A stretch of DNA of 59,638 nt, counting the filler. It is 5 parts of 5 records of this genome, joined end to end, with 100 filler letters (N's around TTAATTAATTAA, not from the genome) between each part and the next. Parts side by side here need not be neighbours in the genome. Positions count along the whole stretch, not along the records: positions 1 to 23,655 come from SRR31156797_21857; 4 more parts are not named here. One strand, given 5' to 3'. The notes under the pieces are model-generated. The model saw nothing but the letters and a program-made list of their open reading frames with translations, was not told the origin of the DNA and searched no databases. Positions 10,713-21,452 of the stretch are shown piece by piece; position 1 is the first letter of the stretch; each line of letters begins with the position of its first letter. The position numbers were made by a program, and so were the translations under genes.

Positions 10713-12406
10713 TTAGCCCCCCATTCCGCTGTGGTTTGGTAAAGGGAATAAATAAGCGCCACCCAAAATCCACGGATACCGTCCCGCCACGCTTCCTGAT
10801 GGAAATAGTAAAAGCGAAAGAAGCGCCACGGAACGATCATTGTGCCAATGAAACCAAAAGGACCTCTTCGCGTTCTGAACTCCACGGGCAAATATCGCTT
10901 AAAACGATCCAGCAGTTCGCCCCATCCGTTAATATTGTAATGCAAGAGAGGCGAAGTCAGCAGGCCGATTCGTCCTTCTGCCACAGGCGGTTGATGCAGG
11001 CTCTCCCCAACCCAACGGCAGGATCCCCGTCTGAAGAGCCGTACTTGTCGATCTTCGCCCAACAGTCTTACCGGCCGCCCCCAGAAAAAATTTTTCCGCG
11101 GTATGGAATAGACTGAAATGGACGGTTTTGACGTCACCAAAGCGGCAACCTCAGCGCGAACCTTTGGCGTCAAGCGTTCATCGGCATCCAGAAAAAATAT
11201 CCATTCTTTGGTGGCCATATGGATCAACTGATTGCGAACCATGTCGAAATTGCCGCCAGACCCGGCCAAAATGGCAGGGTCCTGATAGACCGTTACGGCA
11301 CCTGCCGCCTTTGCCAAGAACTGGCTCCCGTCCCGGCTTCCACCATCCGCCACCAAAAATTCCGCCTTGGAAGGGATGCTTTTAATGGCGGCAGGCAGGG
11401 TCCGGACACCGTTTTTAACGATCATGCCGACAGCTACGCCGGACCAGACGGTATCATGGAAACGCTTCATTGACAAATTTGTAACAAGATGACGGATCCG
11501 CAATTGTTTCCGCCTCCGTTTCATTCGACCCGGCACCCAAACCAGACTCCGGGCCAATCCCGCCATCACGGCCGGGCCTCGCCCCTCTCCCATGGATCGA
11601 GCCGCTGAACGGAACTCACCGGCTAGTATCGTCAGCCAGTGTTTTTGCCAGTGTTCTCCGGGAAGAGATTGGATGAGCACGGCCAATCTATTTCGAGAAT
11701 TGAAAAAATCGGCATAGGACCCCCCCAGAGGAAAAGGCCGGTTGCTGCCGAAACCCAGATGCCACCCTCTCGCCCCGGGAGCGAACAAACAACGCCATCC
11801 TGCGGCCTGCCCCCGAAGAGCCAAATCCACATCCTCCTGGTAGGCAAAAAGACTGGAATCGAAAAGACCCACGGTATCAAAAAAATCCCGGCTGTAAAGT
11901 GCCGCTCCGGCGCAAGCGCCCAAAACAGCCGTGGGTTCGCTCAAAACCGCCGGCGCAAGCTCTCCGGAGAGATAATTTTCAGGTCGGCCCGGCGTGGGGC
12001 AAATAATACCGGCCGTATCAACAACGTTGGGAGTATCTGCTTTGAGCAGACAGGTGGCAACTGAACCGCATCCGGGATTTGAACGTAGTACCGCGCTTGC
12101 CTCGGCGTGCCAATTCGCTTCAAGCCGGACATCATTATTGATCAGGGCAATCTGATCAACGTTTGGATCCGCCAGGGCCCTCATGAGACCTTGATTGTTT
12201 CCTTCGGCGAAACCCAGATTCCGCTTCAGTTTAAGGACCTCAACTCCGGGAAGTTCGGTGCAGAAACGGGAACTCCCATCACGACTACCGTTGTCAACGA
12301 CAATGATTCGGTCAAATTTTAAAGTTTGCATGGTCAGGCTGGGCAGATTCGCTTCTAATAACCGGCGCCGGTTTGCGCTGACCACAATGGCAATTTTTAA
12401 GCCCAC
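10700..12406 (-). CDS. two-domain glycosyltransferase family 2 fusion
   Basis: Domain 1 has VVDNGSRD, LINND and AYQEDVD. Domain 2 has ADGGSRD and FFLDADE (WaaE/LgtF-like). Confidence 0.85.
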   Translation of the reverse strand: MGLKIAIVVSANRRRLLEANLPSLTMQTLKFDRIIVVDNGSRDGSSRFCTELPGVEVLKLKRNLGFAEGNNQGLMRALADPNVDQIALINNDVRLEANWHAEASAVLRSNPGCGSVATCLLKADTPNVVDTAGIICPTPGRPENYLSGELAPAVLSEPTAVLGACAGAALYSRDFFDTVGLFDSSLFAYQEDVDLALRGQAAGWRCLFAPGARGWHLGFGSNRPFPLGGSYADFFNSRNRLAVLIQSLPGEHWQKHWLTILAGEFRSAARSMGEGRGPAVMAGLARSLVWVPGRMKRRRKQLRIRHLVTNLSMKRFHDTVWSGVAVGMIVKNGVRTLPAAIKSIPSKAEFLVADGGSRDGSQFLAKAAGAVTVYQDPAILAGSGGNFDMVRNQLIHMATKEWIFFLDADERLTPKVRAEVAALVTSKPSISVYSIPRKNFFWGRPVRLLGEDRQVRLFRRGSCRWVGESLHQPPVAEGRIGLLTSPLLHYNINGWGELLDRFKRYLPVEFRTRRGPFGFIGTMIVPWRFFRFYYFHQEAWRDGIRGFWVALIYSLYQTTAEWGAKCRR

Positions 12407-12606
12407 ACTTAACCTTCAACCTAATTATCTTGAAAGAGTCACCAAATTTATAGCCTGAGTATTAGCAAAAAAATGGAATCATGTCTTGATTTAATCATCT
12501 TCAAAAGCATGCTCGTCCCAAATATCATATGCCTAACGGATAATTTTAGATTTTTGAGGTGATAAAAAAACGAATTGTCTCCCGACATACTGTGGCTGAA
12601 TTTTGC

Positions 12607-12635
12607 TTGACCCACAAAACTATTTTCTTTATATT
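12607..12635 (+). promoter_or_regulatory. putative sigma70 promoter
   Basis: TTGACC-N17-TATATT in the divergent intergenic region upstream of the methyltransferase. Confidence 0.5.
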
Positions 12636-12698
12636 TTTCTCGCCGAAGAGAAACTTCCCGTCAACCCCGTCGCTATTGAATTCACCCGAAGTGAATAG

Positions 12699-13568
12699 TT
12701 GCCTATTGTGAGGGACGCAATTGTGTTGCCAATTCTCAGGAATGTGTTTAGGGGTAATCTTTTAGAGAGGAGCCGGCATATATGGGCCAATTACAGAGAT
12801 ATCCGAAGAGGGACGACTCCGGGTTCAATTTTCTTTGAAAATGAATTGAAATGGCTCCTCGGTTGCAACGGGTCGTGGTTGAGAAGGGTGGCAAAAGAAT
12901 ACAGGAACAGTTTTTATGCTTGGATGCTGCTGAGTCAATTTGAGAGCCGCTCCAGGGCTACAGACGGGTATACACTCTCTCTGGACGTGGCCGAAGGCTT
13001 TGCCGTCTGGGCCTTGACAAAATTCCTGAAGCCGAAAGTGGTTGTGGAATTGGGAACCCAGTTTGGCGTTTCTGCACGGCTTTGGAAAGAGGCCCTTAGG
13101 AAATACGTACCGGGTCACAGTCTTTTTTTAATCGATACCGAGGATTCCCGTGTCTTCATAGGTGACTTGGATGCCACCTTCTACAAAGAGGATGGAAGAA
13201 CTGCTTTTCCAAGGATCCTGAAGGAAGAAAAAGTAGATTTGCTCTTCAATGACGCTCACCCCTATGGCCTGATTCGGGAATCCGTTGAACTGAGTATTGC
13301 TGACGGGGTCTCGGCTTTGGCATTTCATGACGTCGGCTCAAAGCACCCGAGAGCCTCCTACAGGCCTGAAGACGCGTCTCTTTCTGAAAAAGAGAAACTC
13401 GAACTCAAAGATCCCGGCGAAGGAACTTATGGACATTTGGAACGTCATGTCATGGCGGAGTTGTTTGATGAACGCATACTTTCCCATGATCGCGTCACAA
13501 CGGGGACCCATAAGGTGCAGATCTTCGATTCCCTGTTTGGGTTCGGAGTTGCGCTGAAGAAGCCCTAA
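12699..13568 (+). CDS. class I SAM-dependent methyltransferase (Methyltransf_24-like)
   Basis: VVELGTQFGVS motif I, LFNDAHPY and AFHD. The start codon is uncertain. Confidence 0.78.
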   Translation: MPIVRDAIVLPILRNVFRGNLLERSRHIWANYRDIRRGTTPGSIFFENELKWLLGCNGSWLRRVAKEYRNSFYAWMLLSQFESRSRATDGYTLSLDVAEGFAVWALTKFLKPKVVVELGTQFGVSARLWKEALRKYVPGHSLFLIDTEDSRVFIGDLDATFYKEDGRTAFPRILKEEKVDLLFNDAHPYGLIRESVELSIADGVSALAFHDVGSKHPRASYRPEDASLSEKEKLELKDPGEGTYGHLERHVMAELFDERILSHDRVTTGTHKVQIFDSLFGFGVALKKP

Positions 13569-13579
13569 TCAACCAAATC

Positions 13580-14947
13580 ATGAACTCTAATTCATCGGTG
13601 GGCATTCGACAGTATTACGACAGATTAGCAAACACAATCCGTCTATTTCATCTCTTGCGCATTGAATCCCTATCCACTCTGCTGAAACATTCCAAAAGCC
13701 TTGGGCTCAGACAATCCCTCGGCATACTGAAAAGCGAACTCAACAGAGGTTCCCCTGGGCCGAACCATTCGCCTTTGGGAGAAGCGTTGGGTTTTATTGC
13801 CGCCGAGCCTCTGCCCATCGAAAAGCTCAAGGTCCCCGTGGATATTGTGGTTCCGGTTTACGGCACACCTCCGGCAGTCATCAGAATGTTCGACAGTCTT
13901 CTGAAAAACACGGAAATCAATCATCGGATCATTCTGATTGATGACGGCAACCCCGACCTCGAAACACAGAATTTCTTGAAAAAGATAGAATCGAAGCACC
14001 CGAACTGTACCCTGGTTCGCCATGATCGGAATAGAGGATTCGTGGCGGCGGCGAATCTGGGGATCAAGATGAGCCGTAATCATGTTGCGCTGCTGAACAC
14101 TGACATAGAGTTGCCCCCAAACTGGGTGAACCGGCTCATGACCCCCCTAATCAAGCGGCCGAGGGTGGCCACCACAACCCCCTTTTCCAATGCGGGCAGC
14201 CTCTGCAGCTTCCCTTATTCAATGGTTGATGCATCCCCTTTCAATGACCTTTCCGTTGATCGAATTGACGCCGCTTTTCAACGGGTAAGAAGCAAAACCT
14301 TCGAGATCGAACTCCCTACTGCAGTGGGTTTTTGTATGGGGATGCACCGGGAAACCATCAAACGGATAGGAGACTTCGATGAATCGACTTTCGGAAAAGG
14401 GTATGGAGAAGAGAACGACTGGAGTCGCAGGGCACTTTCCGCGGGGTATCGAAATCTTTTGGTACCGAATCTGTTCGTAAGTCACGAAGGGGGCGCTTCA
14501 TTTGGGAAAAAAGAGCGCGAAAGCATGAGTCAGAAAAACCTTGCGCGTCTTACTCAAAAGCATCCGGATTACATGGAGGCCGTGGATTCATTCCTTTTAC
14601 AGGATCCCATGAAACTACTGAGGGAAGCCCTCCTTTTACTCGCTTGTTGCGTCCTCGCAAAGAATAAGCCCAACTTCTTCGTTGGAGAGAAATCGGGCCG
14701 TAAGGGCTTGTTTCATCGCTATTTCGCAAATGCCATCCTCGGAAATCATCCGTTAATACATCTGACTTCCGCCCAAAACGGAAGATTCACCTTTCTACAG
14801 GTCTTCTACAAATCTCACCAGTTGAGCTTTCGCACACATTCCGCCGTCGAAGTTGAATCCCTTCTCCGAATGATTTCCATTGACCGGGTACATATTGCCT
14901 CAGGTGAACTCTCTCCTGAGGAATTCATCTCAACCGGTTGCCGTTAA
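13580..14947 (+). CDS. glycosyltransferase family 2
   Basis: IVVPVY, LIDDG, LLNTD, TAVGFCM and GYGEENDW motifs. Confidence 0.88.
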   Translation: MNSNSSVGIRQYYDRLANTIRLFHLLRIESLSTLLKHSKSLGLRQSLGILKSELNRGSPGPNHSPLGEALGFIAAEPLPIEKLKVPVDIVVPVYGTPPAVIRMFDSLLKNTEINHRIILIDDGNPDLETQNFLKKIESKHPNCTLVRHDRNRGFVAAANLGIKMSRNHVALLNTDIELPPNWVNRLMTPLIKRPRVATTTPFSNAGSLCSFPYSMVDASPFNDLSVDRIDAAFQRVRSKTFEIELPTAVGFCMGMHRETIKRIGDFDESTFGKGYGEENDWSRRALSAGYRNLLVPNLFVSHEGGASFGKKERESMSQKNLARLTQKHPDYMEAVDSFLLQDPMKLLREALLLLACCVLAKNKPNFFVGEKSGRKGLFHRYFANAILGNHPLIHLTSAQNGRFTFLQVFYKSHQLSFRTHSAVEVESLLRMISIDRVHIASGELSPEEFISTGCR

Positions 14948-14987
14948 ACGAATTCCCCCGGCGGGTGGGTCACGGGTCAGGGTTGAT

Positions 14988-15989
14988 TCAAGGGCGTTTC
15001 TCGGTATGACGGAACATTTTCCCAAACATGAACGCGAGGCCGCTGTAAAAAAGATAGAACCCGTGAAACAATATGCTTCCGAGAGAAAAAACGCCGCCCC
15101 GAAGCCGCAGAAAGTACAGATACAGATTTCTGTTGAGAATGACCATGAAGCTCAAAAAAAACCCTGCCGCACCCAAAGCCCATCCGTTTATGAAAGCAAA
15201 AGGAATTGTCAAAATCAACCCGAAGACCGCAACGCAGGATATTCGGTCCGCGATTTTCAGGTTCAGGTCGGACGGAATTCTCTCCTGTTGCAGGATCAGC
15301 CGGGTCCAGGGAATGGCCCGGTCGAAGATATCCGTTTTCAGCAACCCCCTGAAATGCCATCGTTTCAGATGTTTGACCTGAAGGTTTTTCAGCAGCCGAA
15401 TACGATGGCCGCTCTTTTTAAGGCGATACCCCAATTCGATATCTTCGATACAGGGACGGGTAAACCGCTCGTCAAACCCACCCACGGCCAAGAAAACGTC
15501 TCTTCGAATGGCACCGCAGGCCCCCCAAAAGGTGAAGGCTTCAATATGCGCCGTTTGATGGGTGTAATGATGAAACAGGTTTTTGTATTGTGAAAAAAAG
15601 TTGTTTTCAAAAGGGGCGTCGTCGTAGGACCCGATAACCGCCGTAACATCCGGGTCCTCCTCAAAGTATTTCAGGACAAGACCCACGCATCCCCTCTGAA
15701 TCTCCACGTCCGCATCCACAAAAAAGAGGATGTCGCCCGTTGCCGCGTTGGCCCCCACATTTCTGGCACTGGCAGGCCCCCGAGCCGGAGGTCCCATGAA
15801 AATCGTCTTAACCCCCATATCAATGGCCATTGATCCGGACCCATCCGTATCCCCATCGGCCACCACAATCACCTCATGGGGCTGAGGCCGCGCCCCTTGA
15901 AGGCTTAATAGGCACCGCCTGAATTTTTCCCCGCCGTTATGAACGGGAACGATGATTGAAATGGACAGCGGTCCGGAGCTTGATTTCAC
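14988..15989 (-). CDS. glycosyltransferase family 2 with C-terminal transmembrane segments
   Basis: IIVPVHN, FFVDAD, GGFDE and IEDIELGYRL motifs, followed by a hydrophobic C-terminus. Confidence 0.9.
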   Translation of the reverse strand: MKSSSGPLSISIIVPVHNGGEKFRRCLLSLQGARPQPHEVIVVADGDTDGSGSMAIDMGVKTIFMGPPARGPASARNVGANAATGDILFFVDADVEIQRGCVGLVLKYFEEDPDVTAVIGSYDDAPFENNFFSQYKNLFHHYTHQTAHIEAFTFWGACGAIRRDVFLAVGGFDERFTRPCIEDIELGYRLKKSGHRIRLLKNLQVKHLKRWHFRGLLKTDIFDRAIPWTRLILQQERIPSDLNLKIADRISCVAVFGLILTIPFAFINGWALGAAGFFLSFMVILNRNLYLYFLRLRGGVFSLGSILFHGFYLFYSGLAFMFGKMFRHTEKRP

Positions 15990-16120
15990 TTGACATTACA
16001 AAGCATATATACTCTGACCTCGGAAGATTTCATGTTTCTACCCCTTGTTTAAGGGCTCAGGTTGAAAATTTCCATAACCTGCTTAACTTTAAGTTATATT
16101 AACGGTTGGAGGAAACGAAA

Positions 16121-16297
16121 ATGAAAGCACTGTGCATCATTGTCACGGGGTTAGGGTTGGGTCTTTCCTTTTTCACCTTCCTCTTTTTCACCCTTGAAGA
16201 CCAGACACCCTATGCGGAACCGGTTCCCATGTGGCCCATATTCCTGGGAGTGGCCATGGTCATTCTGGGTCTCATATGCTACAATAGGAAGACTTAG
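16121..16297 (+). CDS. small two-TM hypothetical membrane protein
   Basis: GGAGG ribosome-binding site before ATG 16121. Two hydrophobic stretches. Confidence 0.6.
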   Translation: MKALCIIVTGLGLGLSFFTFLFFTLEDQTPYAEPVPMWPIFLGVAMVILGLICYNRKT

Positions 16298-16357
16298 GGC
16301 TTTCACAAATATAATGGAACAATCTTACCTGCCATAGGCTTAAAACCGTAGGATTTT

Positions 16358-18055
16358 CTACATTTTCCTGTGCCTTAAAATTGAAATCAGCAGCGAAAAC
16401 CCGATAACCCCCGCCATGATGAACCCCACAAGCCCGATCAGGGGTACATCATGCCACCTGGGGGGAATCCCCGACAGGACAACCAGTGAAGACCCGATAA
16501 TCAATGACGCCAGCACAATGGCAAAAACCAGTCTGTTGGTACCTCGATTGTGGGTATTGAGCAGGGGTTCGAGGCCGGAATGGCCGAATTCAATTTTCAT
16601 TTTGCCTTCCCTGGCTTGCTTCAGGATTGACCTGACTTCTCCGGGAATTTCCCGCCCCAGCTGGATCATTTCCGTACCGATCTCCAGCATATCCCCGGCG
16701 ATCCGTTTGGGATTCATCCGTTCTTCCTGAATTTGTCGAACAAACGGTTCAGCCTGTCTCAGGATATCGAAATCCGAATCCAGCATTTTGGCAATGCCCT
16801 CAATGGTTCCCAAGGCTTTCATCATCAGGTAAAGATCGGGTTTGATGGTGAGGCCATGGGTGGAAACCGTCTCGATGAGCTTCTGGAACAGTTTTCCCAT
16901 CTCCAATTTACCCCGGCGCCCGTAAACCTGTTCCTCCAGGAGATCCGCGAGGTCCCGCTCCAGCTTCTCCCGATCCGGTTCCCGGTCGTAGACGGAGAGC
17001 CTTAAAACGGATTCCGTAATTTTTCGTTCGTTTTTGCCGGCGAGGCTGGTGACGAAATCCGTAAAGTCTTCCCGTTCGTCCTGGCGGATGCGACCCATCA
17101 TGCCGAAATCCAAGAAACAGATAATATTGTTTGAGAGAATAAAAATATTCCCGGGATGGGGATCCGCATGAAAAAAGCCATGGACAAAAATCTGTTTCAT
17201 GACCAGATCAGCACCGTTTTCAGCCAAGGTATGGCGGTCGCACCCGTTTTTTTCCAGCGCCTCGAAATCCGTAACCTTTATCCCTTCCACATATTCGATG
17301 GTGAGGACGCGGGATGAGTTGAGTTCTCTGTAAAGTTTGGGAACGTAGATGGTATGTTCTCCCAAAAACTGCCGTGAAAAGCGCTCCGTGTGATAGGCTT
17401 CTATGGTATAGTCAATTTCCTTCTCCAAACTCCGGGCAAATTCTTCCACAATGCGCGTGGGGCGCTGGACCTCCATTTCCTCCACATGACGTTCCATAAG
17501 GGACGCCATGTGAAGCAGGATTTCCAGATCCACCTCCACGATCTTCCGGATACCGGGCCTCTGGACCTTGACCACCACCTCATCGCCCTCCGCCAGCCGG
17601 GCCCGGTGCACCTGGCCGATGGAAGCGGCTGCCAGCGGCTCGGATTCAAAATGGGCAAACAGTTCCTCCGGCCCCCTTCCGAGCTCTTCGGTAATGATGG
17701 CTCTGACCTCCTCGTAGGAAAACGACGGCACATGATCCTGGAGCTTGCTCAATTCGCGGGAATATTCCAGGGGGACCAGGTCCGGCCGCGTTGAAAGGAT
17801 CTGTCCCAATTTGATAAAAGTGGGCCCCAATTCTTCCACCGCCATTCGAACCCTTTCAGCCCGGGAGAGCTTGTCGATCTGCTCACGCCGTTTCTTTGAA
17901 ATCATCTGGAGGCCGATTTCAATATATTGCTCAATTTTAAGGGTTTCTATAATATCACCAAATCCGTACTTGAACAAAACCCTCAGGATGTCCCGATACC
18001 GGTTCAGGTGCCGGTATGTGCGGCCCACAACGCCTATTTTTCGAATGCTCAGCAT
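16358..18055 (-). CDS. UbiB/ABC1/AarF family kinase-like protein
   Basis: [29 protein letters not shown] and DFGM motifs, plus two C-terminal TM helices. Confidence 0.93.
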   Translation of the reverse strand: MLSIRKIGVVGRTYRHLNRYRDILRVLFKYGFGDIIETLKIEQYIEIGLQMISKKRREQIDKLSRAERVRMAVEELGPTFIKLGQILSTRPDLVPLEYSRELSKLQDHVPSFSYEEVRAIITEELGRGPEELFAHFESEPLAAASIGQVHRARLAEGDEVVVKVQRPGIRKIVEVDLEILLHMASLMERHVEEMEVQRPTRIVEEFARSLEKEIDYTIEAYHTERFSRQFLGEHTIYVPKLYRELNSSRVLTIEYVEGIKVTDFEALEKNGCDRHTLAENGADLVMKQIFVHGFFHADPHPGNIFILSNNIICFLDFGMMGRIRQDEREDFTDFVTSLAGKNERKITESVLRLSVYDREPDREKLERDLADLLEEQVYGRRGKLEMGKLFQKLIETVSTHGLTIKPDLYLMMKALGTIEGIAKMLDSDFDILRQAEPFVRQIQEERMNPKRIAGDMLEIGTEMIQLGREIPGEVRSILKQAREGKMKIEFGHSGLEPLLNTHNRGTNRLVFAIVLASLIIGSSLVVLSGIPPRWHDVPLIGLVGFIMAGVIGFSLLISILRHRKM

Positions 18056-18286
18056 GTTGGATCTCCTTTCAGTGAGAGTTCTGATCCACGACGGAACTGC
18101 CGGTGAGTATAGAAAACGGCGTGGTACAGGTCAAGGCCAAGGATTCTAAAGTTTTGGAGTGCATTTTTCTTCCGTTATCTGTATGATTCCAGCTTCTGAA
18201 CGTCTAGAGGCTCGAAGCAGAGGAGGCGGATGGCTTACCCCCATCCCCGGTCTCCATCCTCAACTGTCAAAATTCAAGGAGAAACC

Positions 18287-19384
18287 ATGAAAAAAACCAT
18301 TGCAATACTGGAAGGCGACGGCATAGGCCCTGAAATCATGGGGGAAGCCGTCAAGGTCCTGAAAGCCGTCATGGATAAATACGGCCATACATTTGAGCTT
18401 ATTTACGCCCCTTTCGGCGCATCGGCATACTTTTCCGAAGGATCGCCATTTCCGGACATAACCAAACGCATCTGCGATGAAGCCGACGCCATCGCCAAAG
18501 GTCCCGTGGGTCTGGCCGTTGAAGAAATGGACCGGATCCCACAGGAACAACGCCCCGAACTGGGTGCCATCCTGCCCCTTCGACAACGGTATGACACCTT
18601 CGCCAATTTCAGGCCCGTAAGGCTGCCGGCGGGTCTCAAATCCTTCTCTCCCCTCAAGGATGAGGTGATCGGTGACGGAATTGACATCCTGATGATTCGA
18701 GAACTGGTGGGCGGCATCTATTTTGGCGAAAAAGTTGAAGGTTCCGCCACGGAAATGAAATATGCCCGGGATGACTGCATTTACAAAGCAGAAGATGTGC
18801 GACGCGTGGCCATGGTGGCATTTGAAGAAGCCAAAAAGCGAAAAACGAAACTGACCAACATCCATAAAGCCAATGTTCTGGCCACATCCCGTCTCTGGCG
18901 GGAGATTGTGGAGAATGTGGCCGAGGACTATCCCGACGTACCCTATCAATCGGTCCTGGTGGACAATGCCGCTTTTCAATTGGTGGTCAATCCCACCCAA
19001 TTTAACGGAGTGATGCTGCTGGAAAATATGCAGGGAGATATTCTCACGGACCAGGCCGGTGGTATTATCGGGTCCCTGGGCCTCATGCCATCCGCCTGTA
19101 TGGGCCCGGAAAAAGGATATGTGGAGCCGGCCCACGGGTCCGCCCCGGATATCGCAGGGAAGAATATGGCCAACCCCTATTCCATGATCGGAAGCATTGC
19201 CATGCTCTTTGAAGAATGCCTGGCACTGCCGGAAGAAGGGGCGGACATCTGGAATGGTATTTTTCAGGTTTTTGAAGAAGGATTCATTACGCACGATCTC
19301 ATGGCCCGCTGGCACACGAAGAAAAATGTGCTGACCACATCTGAATTCGGTGAAAAAGTGCTTCAGAACATTTTAGCGGAATAA
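18287..19384 (+). CDS. leuB: 3-isopropylmalate dehydrogenase
   Basis: EGDGIGPE, RELVGGIYFG, HKANV and EPAHGSAPDIAG motifs. AGGAGA ribosome-binding site before ATG 18287. Confidence 0.88.
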   Translation: MKKTIAILEGDGIGPEIMGEAVKVLKAVMDKYGHTFELIYAPFGASAYFSEGSPFPDITKRICDEADAIAKGPVGLAVEEMDRIPQEQRPELGAILPLRQRYDTFANFRPVRLPAGLKSFSPLKDEVIGDGIDILMIRELVGGIYFGEKVEGSATEMKYARDDCIYKAEDVRRVAMVAFEEAKKRKTKLTNIHKANVLATSRLWREIVENVAEDYPDVPYQSVLVDNAAFQLVVNPTQFNGVMLLENMQGDILTDQAGGIIGSLGLMPSACMGPEKGYVEPAHGSAPDIAGKNMANPYSMIGSIAMLFEECLALPEEGADIWNGIFQVFEEGFITHDLMARWHTKKNVLTTSEFGEKVLQNILAE

Positions 19385-19415
19385 CCCTATTTTTATAAAA
19401 ATACAGGGAACCTTA

Positions 19416-20303
19416 ATGATAACAAATAATATTTTACAACTGGTCGGTAACACACCGCTGATCCAAATGAAAAACGAACGGATTTTCGGTAAGGCGGAAT
19501 TCCTGAACCCCGGCGGCAGCATCAAGGACCGCGTGGCCGTCGCCATGATTGAAGGGGCCGAAAAAACCGGCCGCCTCACAACTGATTCCATTATCACGGA
19601 ACCCACATCCGGAAATACGGGCATCGGCATTGCCCTGGTGGGAAAACTCAAAGGATACCGGGTCCGCATCGTCATGCCGGAGAACATGAGTGAAGAGCGA
19701 AAAAAGCTCATCCAATCATTGGGGGCTGAATTGGTGTTAACCCCGGGAAATCAGAATATCGAAGGGGCCGTGGAACAGGTGCGGCAGATGGCTGAATCGG
19801 AAAAGAATGTGGTGGTGCTGCAACAGTTTGAAAATCCCGATAACCCTAAGGTTCACTATGAAAAAACAGCCCGTGAGTTGTGGGAACAGATCAATGGAGA
19901 TGTCGATTGTTTCGTGGCCGGGGTTGGAAGTGGCGGGACCCTTCAGGGCATCGGTAAATTCCTTAAAAAACACCGGCCCGGCGTCAAAATCGTAGCCGTG
20001 GAACCGAAGAATGTATCGGCCTTACTGGGACATGAACCGGGGCTTCATCAGATTCAAGGGATCGGAGACGGATTTATTCCCGATGTGCTGGACAAATCCA
20101 TGCTGGATGATGTCATTGAAGTTTCCGATGAGAATGCCATAGAAACCACACGGGAATTGAGCAGAGACCTGGGGCTGCTGGTGGGGATATCCTCAGGCGC
20201 CAATGTTTGGGGCGCTCGAAAAATGGCTGACAGGGTCCCTGGAAATGTCACAACGGTCCTGCCGGACCGATCGGAGCGATACTTCAGTACGGCACTCATG
20301 TGA
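19416..20303 (+). CDS. cysK: cysteine synthase (O-acetylserine thiol-lyase)
   Basis: NPGGSIKDR (PLP lysine), TSGNTG, GSGGT and HQIQGIG motifs. Confidence 0.92.
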   Translation: MITNNILQLVGNTPLIQMKNERIFGKAEFLNPGGSIKDRVAVAMIEGAEKTGRLTTDSIITEPTSGNTGIGIALVGKLKGYRVRIVMPENMSEERKKLIQSLGAELVLTPGNQNIEGAVEQVRQMAESEKNVVVLQQFENPDNPKVHYEKTARELWEQINGDVDCFVAGVGSGGTLQGIGKFLKKHRPGVKIVAVEPKNVSALLGHEPGLHQIQGIGDGFIPDVLDKSMLDDVIEVSDENAIETTRELSRDLGLLVGISSGANVWGARKMADRVPGNVTTVLPDRSERYFSTALM

Positions 20304-20331
20304 ACTGAAAAAAAGAAATGCCTTAAATAAT

Positions 20332-21441
20332 CTACCCGGTTTTAGAAAAATCGATTTTAATGGCTGTTCTGTTTCCTTCTGAAGTATTCAACGAAATTTG
20401 CCCGCCCAATGTTTCGGCAATCAGTTTTGCGGAGTATGTACCGAGACCGGTTCCCCCGGATTTTCCTGCGGTGGCGTACTTGTCGAAAAAGGTGTCTCGT
20501 ATTTCTTCGGGGACGGAGCCTTGATTATGTATGCTGACGGAATGTGTCTCTCCGCGTTTCATGGCAATGGTTATTTTTTCTTTTCTTGGGGATGCTTCCA
20601 CTGCATTCTTGAATAGATTGGACAACATGGAATACAGGAGCAATTTCTCCCCTTCAACCATAAATTGATCCTCTGGGACGACAATTTTATCATCGATCAT
20701 GAGATCGATCTTCAAACGTTTCGCTTTTAATCGGATTCGGCTTTCATCCATGACTTCCGAAAAAATTCCCAAAAGATTCAACATCTCTGAGTTTACAGTG
20801 TAAGTTCTCTGCTCCATTTTGAAAAGATCAAGCGACAGATTGATCATATTCAACATTTTCCGACCCAGTTGGACAGTCTTGTCGAGCCTGTCGATCTGTT
20901 GTTCCGACAGGTTGCCTTCATTCTTAACCATTTGGGGATAATTTATAATACCGTTTAAGGGGGATTTAAGATCGTGACGTGTAATCCGTTCCACATCTTC
21001 TTTCAACTTTGCATTCTCTTCGAGGATCATATTCTGGTTTTTGAGTGCATCTAATGCAAGCTTTAATTGCAGATGATTCCGCACACGTGATTTCACGAGC
21101 TCCGGGCTGAAAGGCTTGGTAATATAGTCAATTGCACCTAATGAGAGCCCCTTGGCCTCATCTTCTTCTTTGGTCATGGCTGTCAGAAAAATAACCGGAA
21201 TATCAGCCGTCGTCTCATCTGATTTTAACTGGGTGCAGACCTCATACCCATCCATGTCCGGCATCATAATGTCTAACAGAATCAGGTCCGGTTTTTGGGC
21301 TTTCGCGATTTTTAATGCCAGATTACCGTTGACGGCCATCAGCAGGGTGTAATCAGGCTGCAAAATGCCCTTTACCACATCCAGATTTTCCGGAGTGTCA
21401 TCGACCGCCAGTATTTTGGCTTTTTTATCGGGTTTGTCCAT
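20332..21441 (-). CDS. REC-HisKA-HATPase hybrid response regulator/kinase
   Basis: VDD...LLDIMMP receiver domain, RHDLKSPL H-box, N-box and GTGLG G-box. Confidence 0.9.
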   Translation of the reverse strand: MDKPDKKAKILAVDDTPENLDVVKGILQPDYTLLMAVNGNLALKIAKAQKPDLILLDIMMPDMDGYEVCTQLKSDETTADIPVIFLTAMTKEEDEAKGLSLGAIDYITKPFSPELVKSRVRNHLQLKLALDALKNQNMILEENAKLKEDVERITRHDLKSPLNGIINYPQMVKNEGNLSEQQIDRLDKTVQLGRKMLNMINLSLDLFKMEQRTYTVNSEMLNLLGIFSEVMDESRIRLKAKRLKIDLMIDDKIVVPEDQFMVEGEKLLLYSMLSNLFKNAVEASPRKEKITIAMKRGETHSVSIHNQGSVPEEIRDTFFDKYATAGKSGGTGLGTYSAKLIAETLGGQISLNTSEGNRTAIKIDFSKTG

Positions 21442-21452
21442 TTTGCTTCTCC

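Noticed and set aside
14880..15593. 237-aa + strand ORF
   Set aside because: Antisense to a clear GT2 gene, with no domain features.
18260..19315. 351-aa antisense ORF over leuB
   Set aside because: It is a shadow of a conserved gene, with no recognisable motif or start signals.
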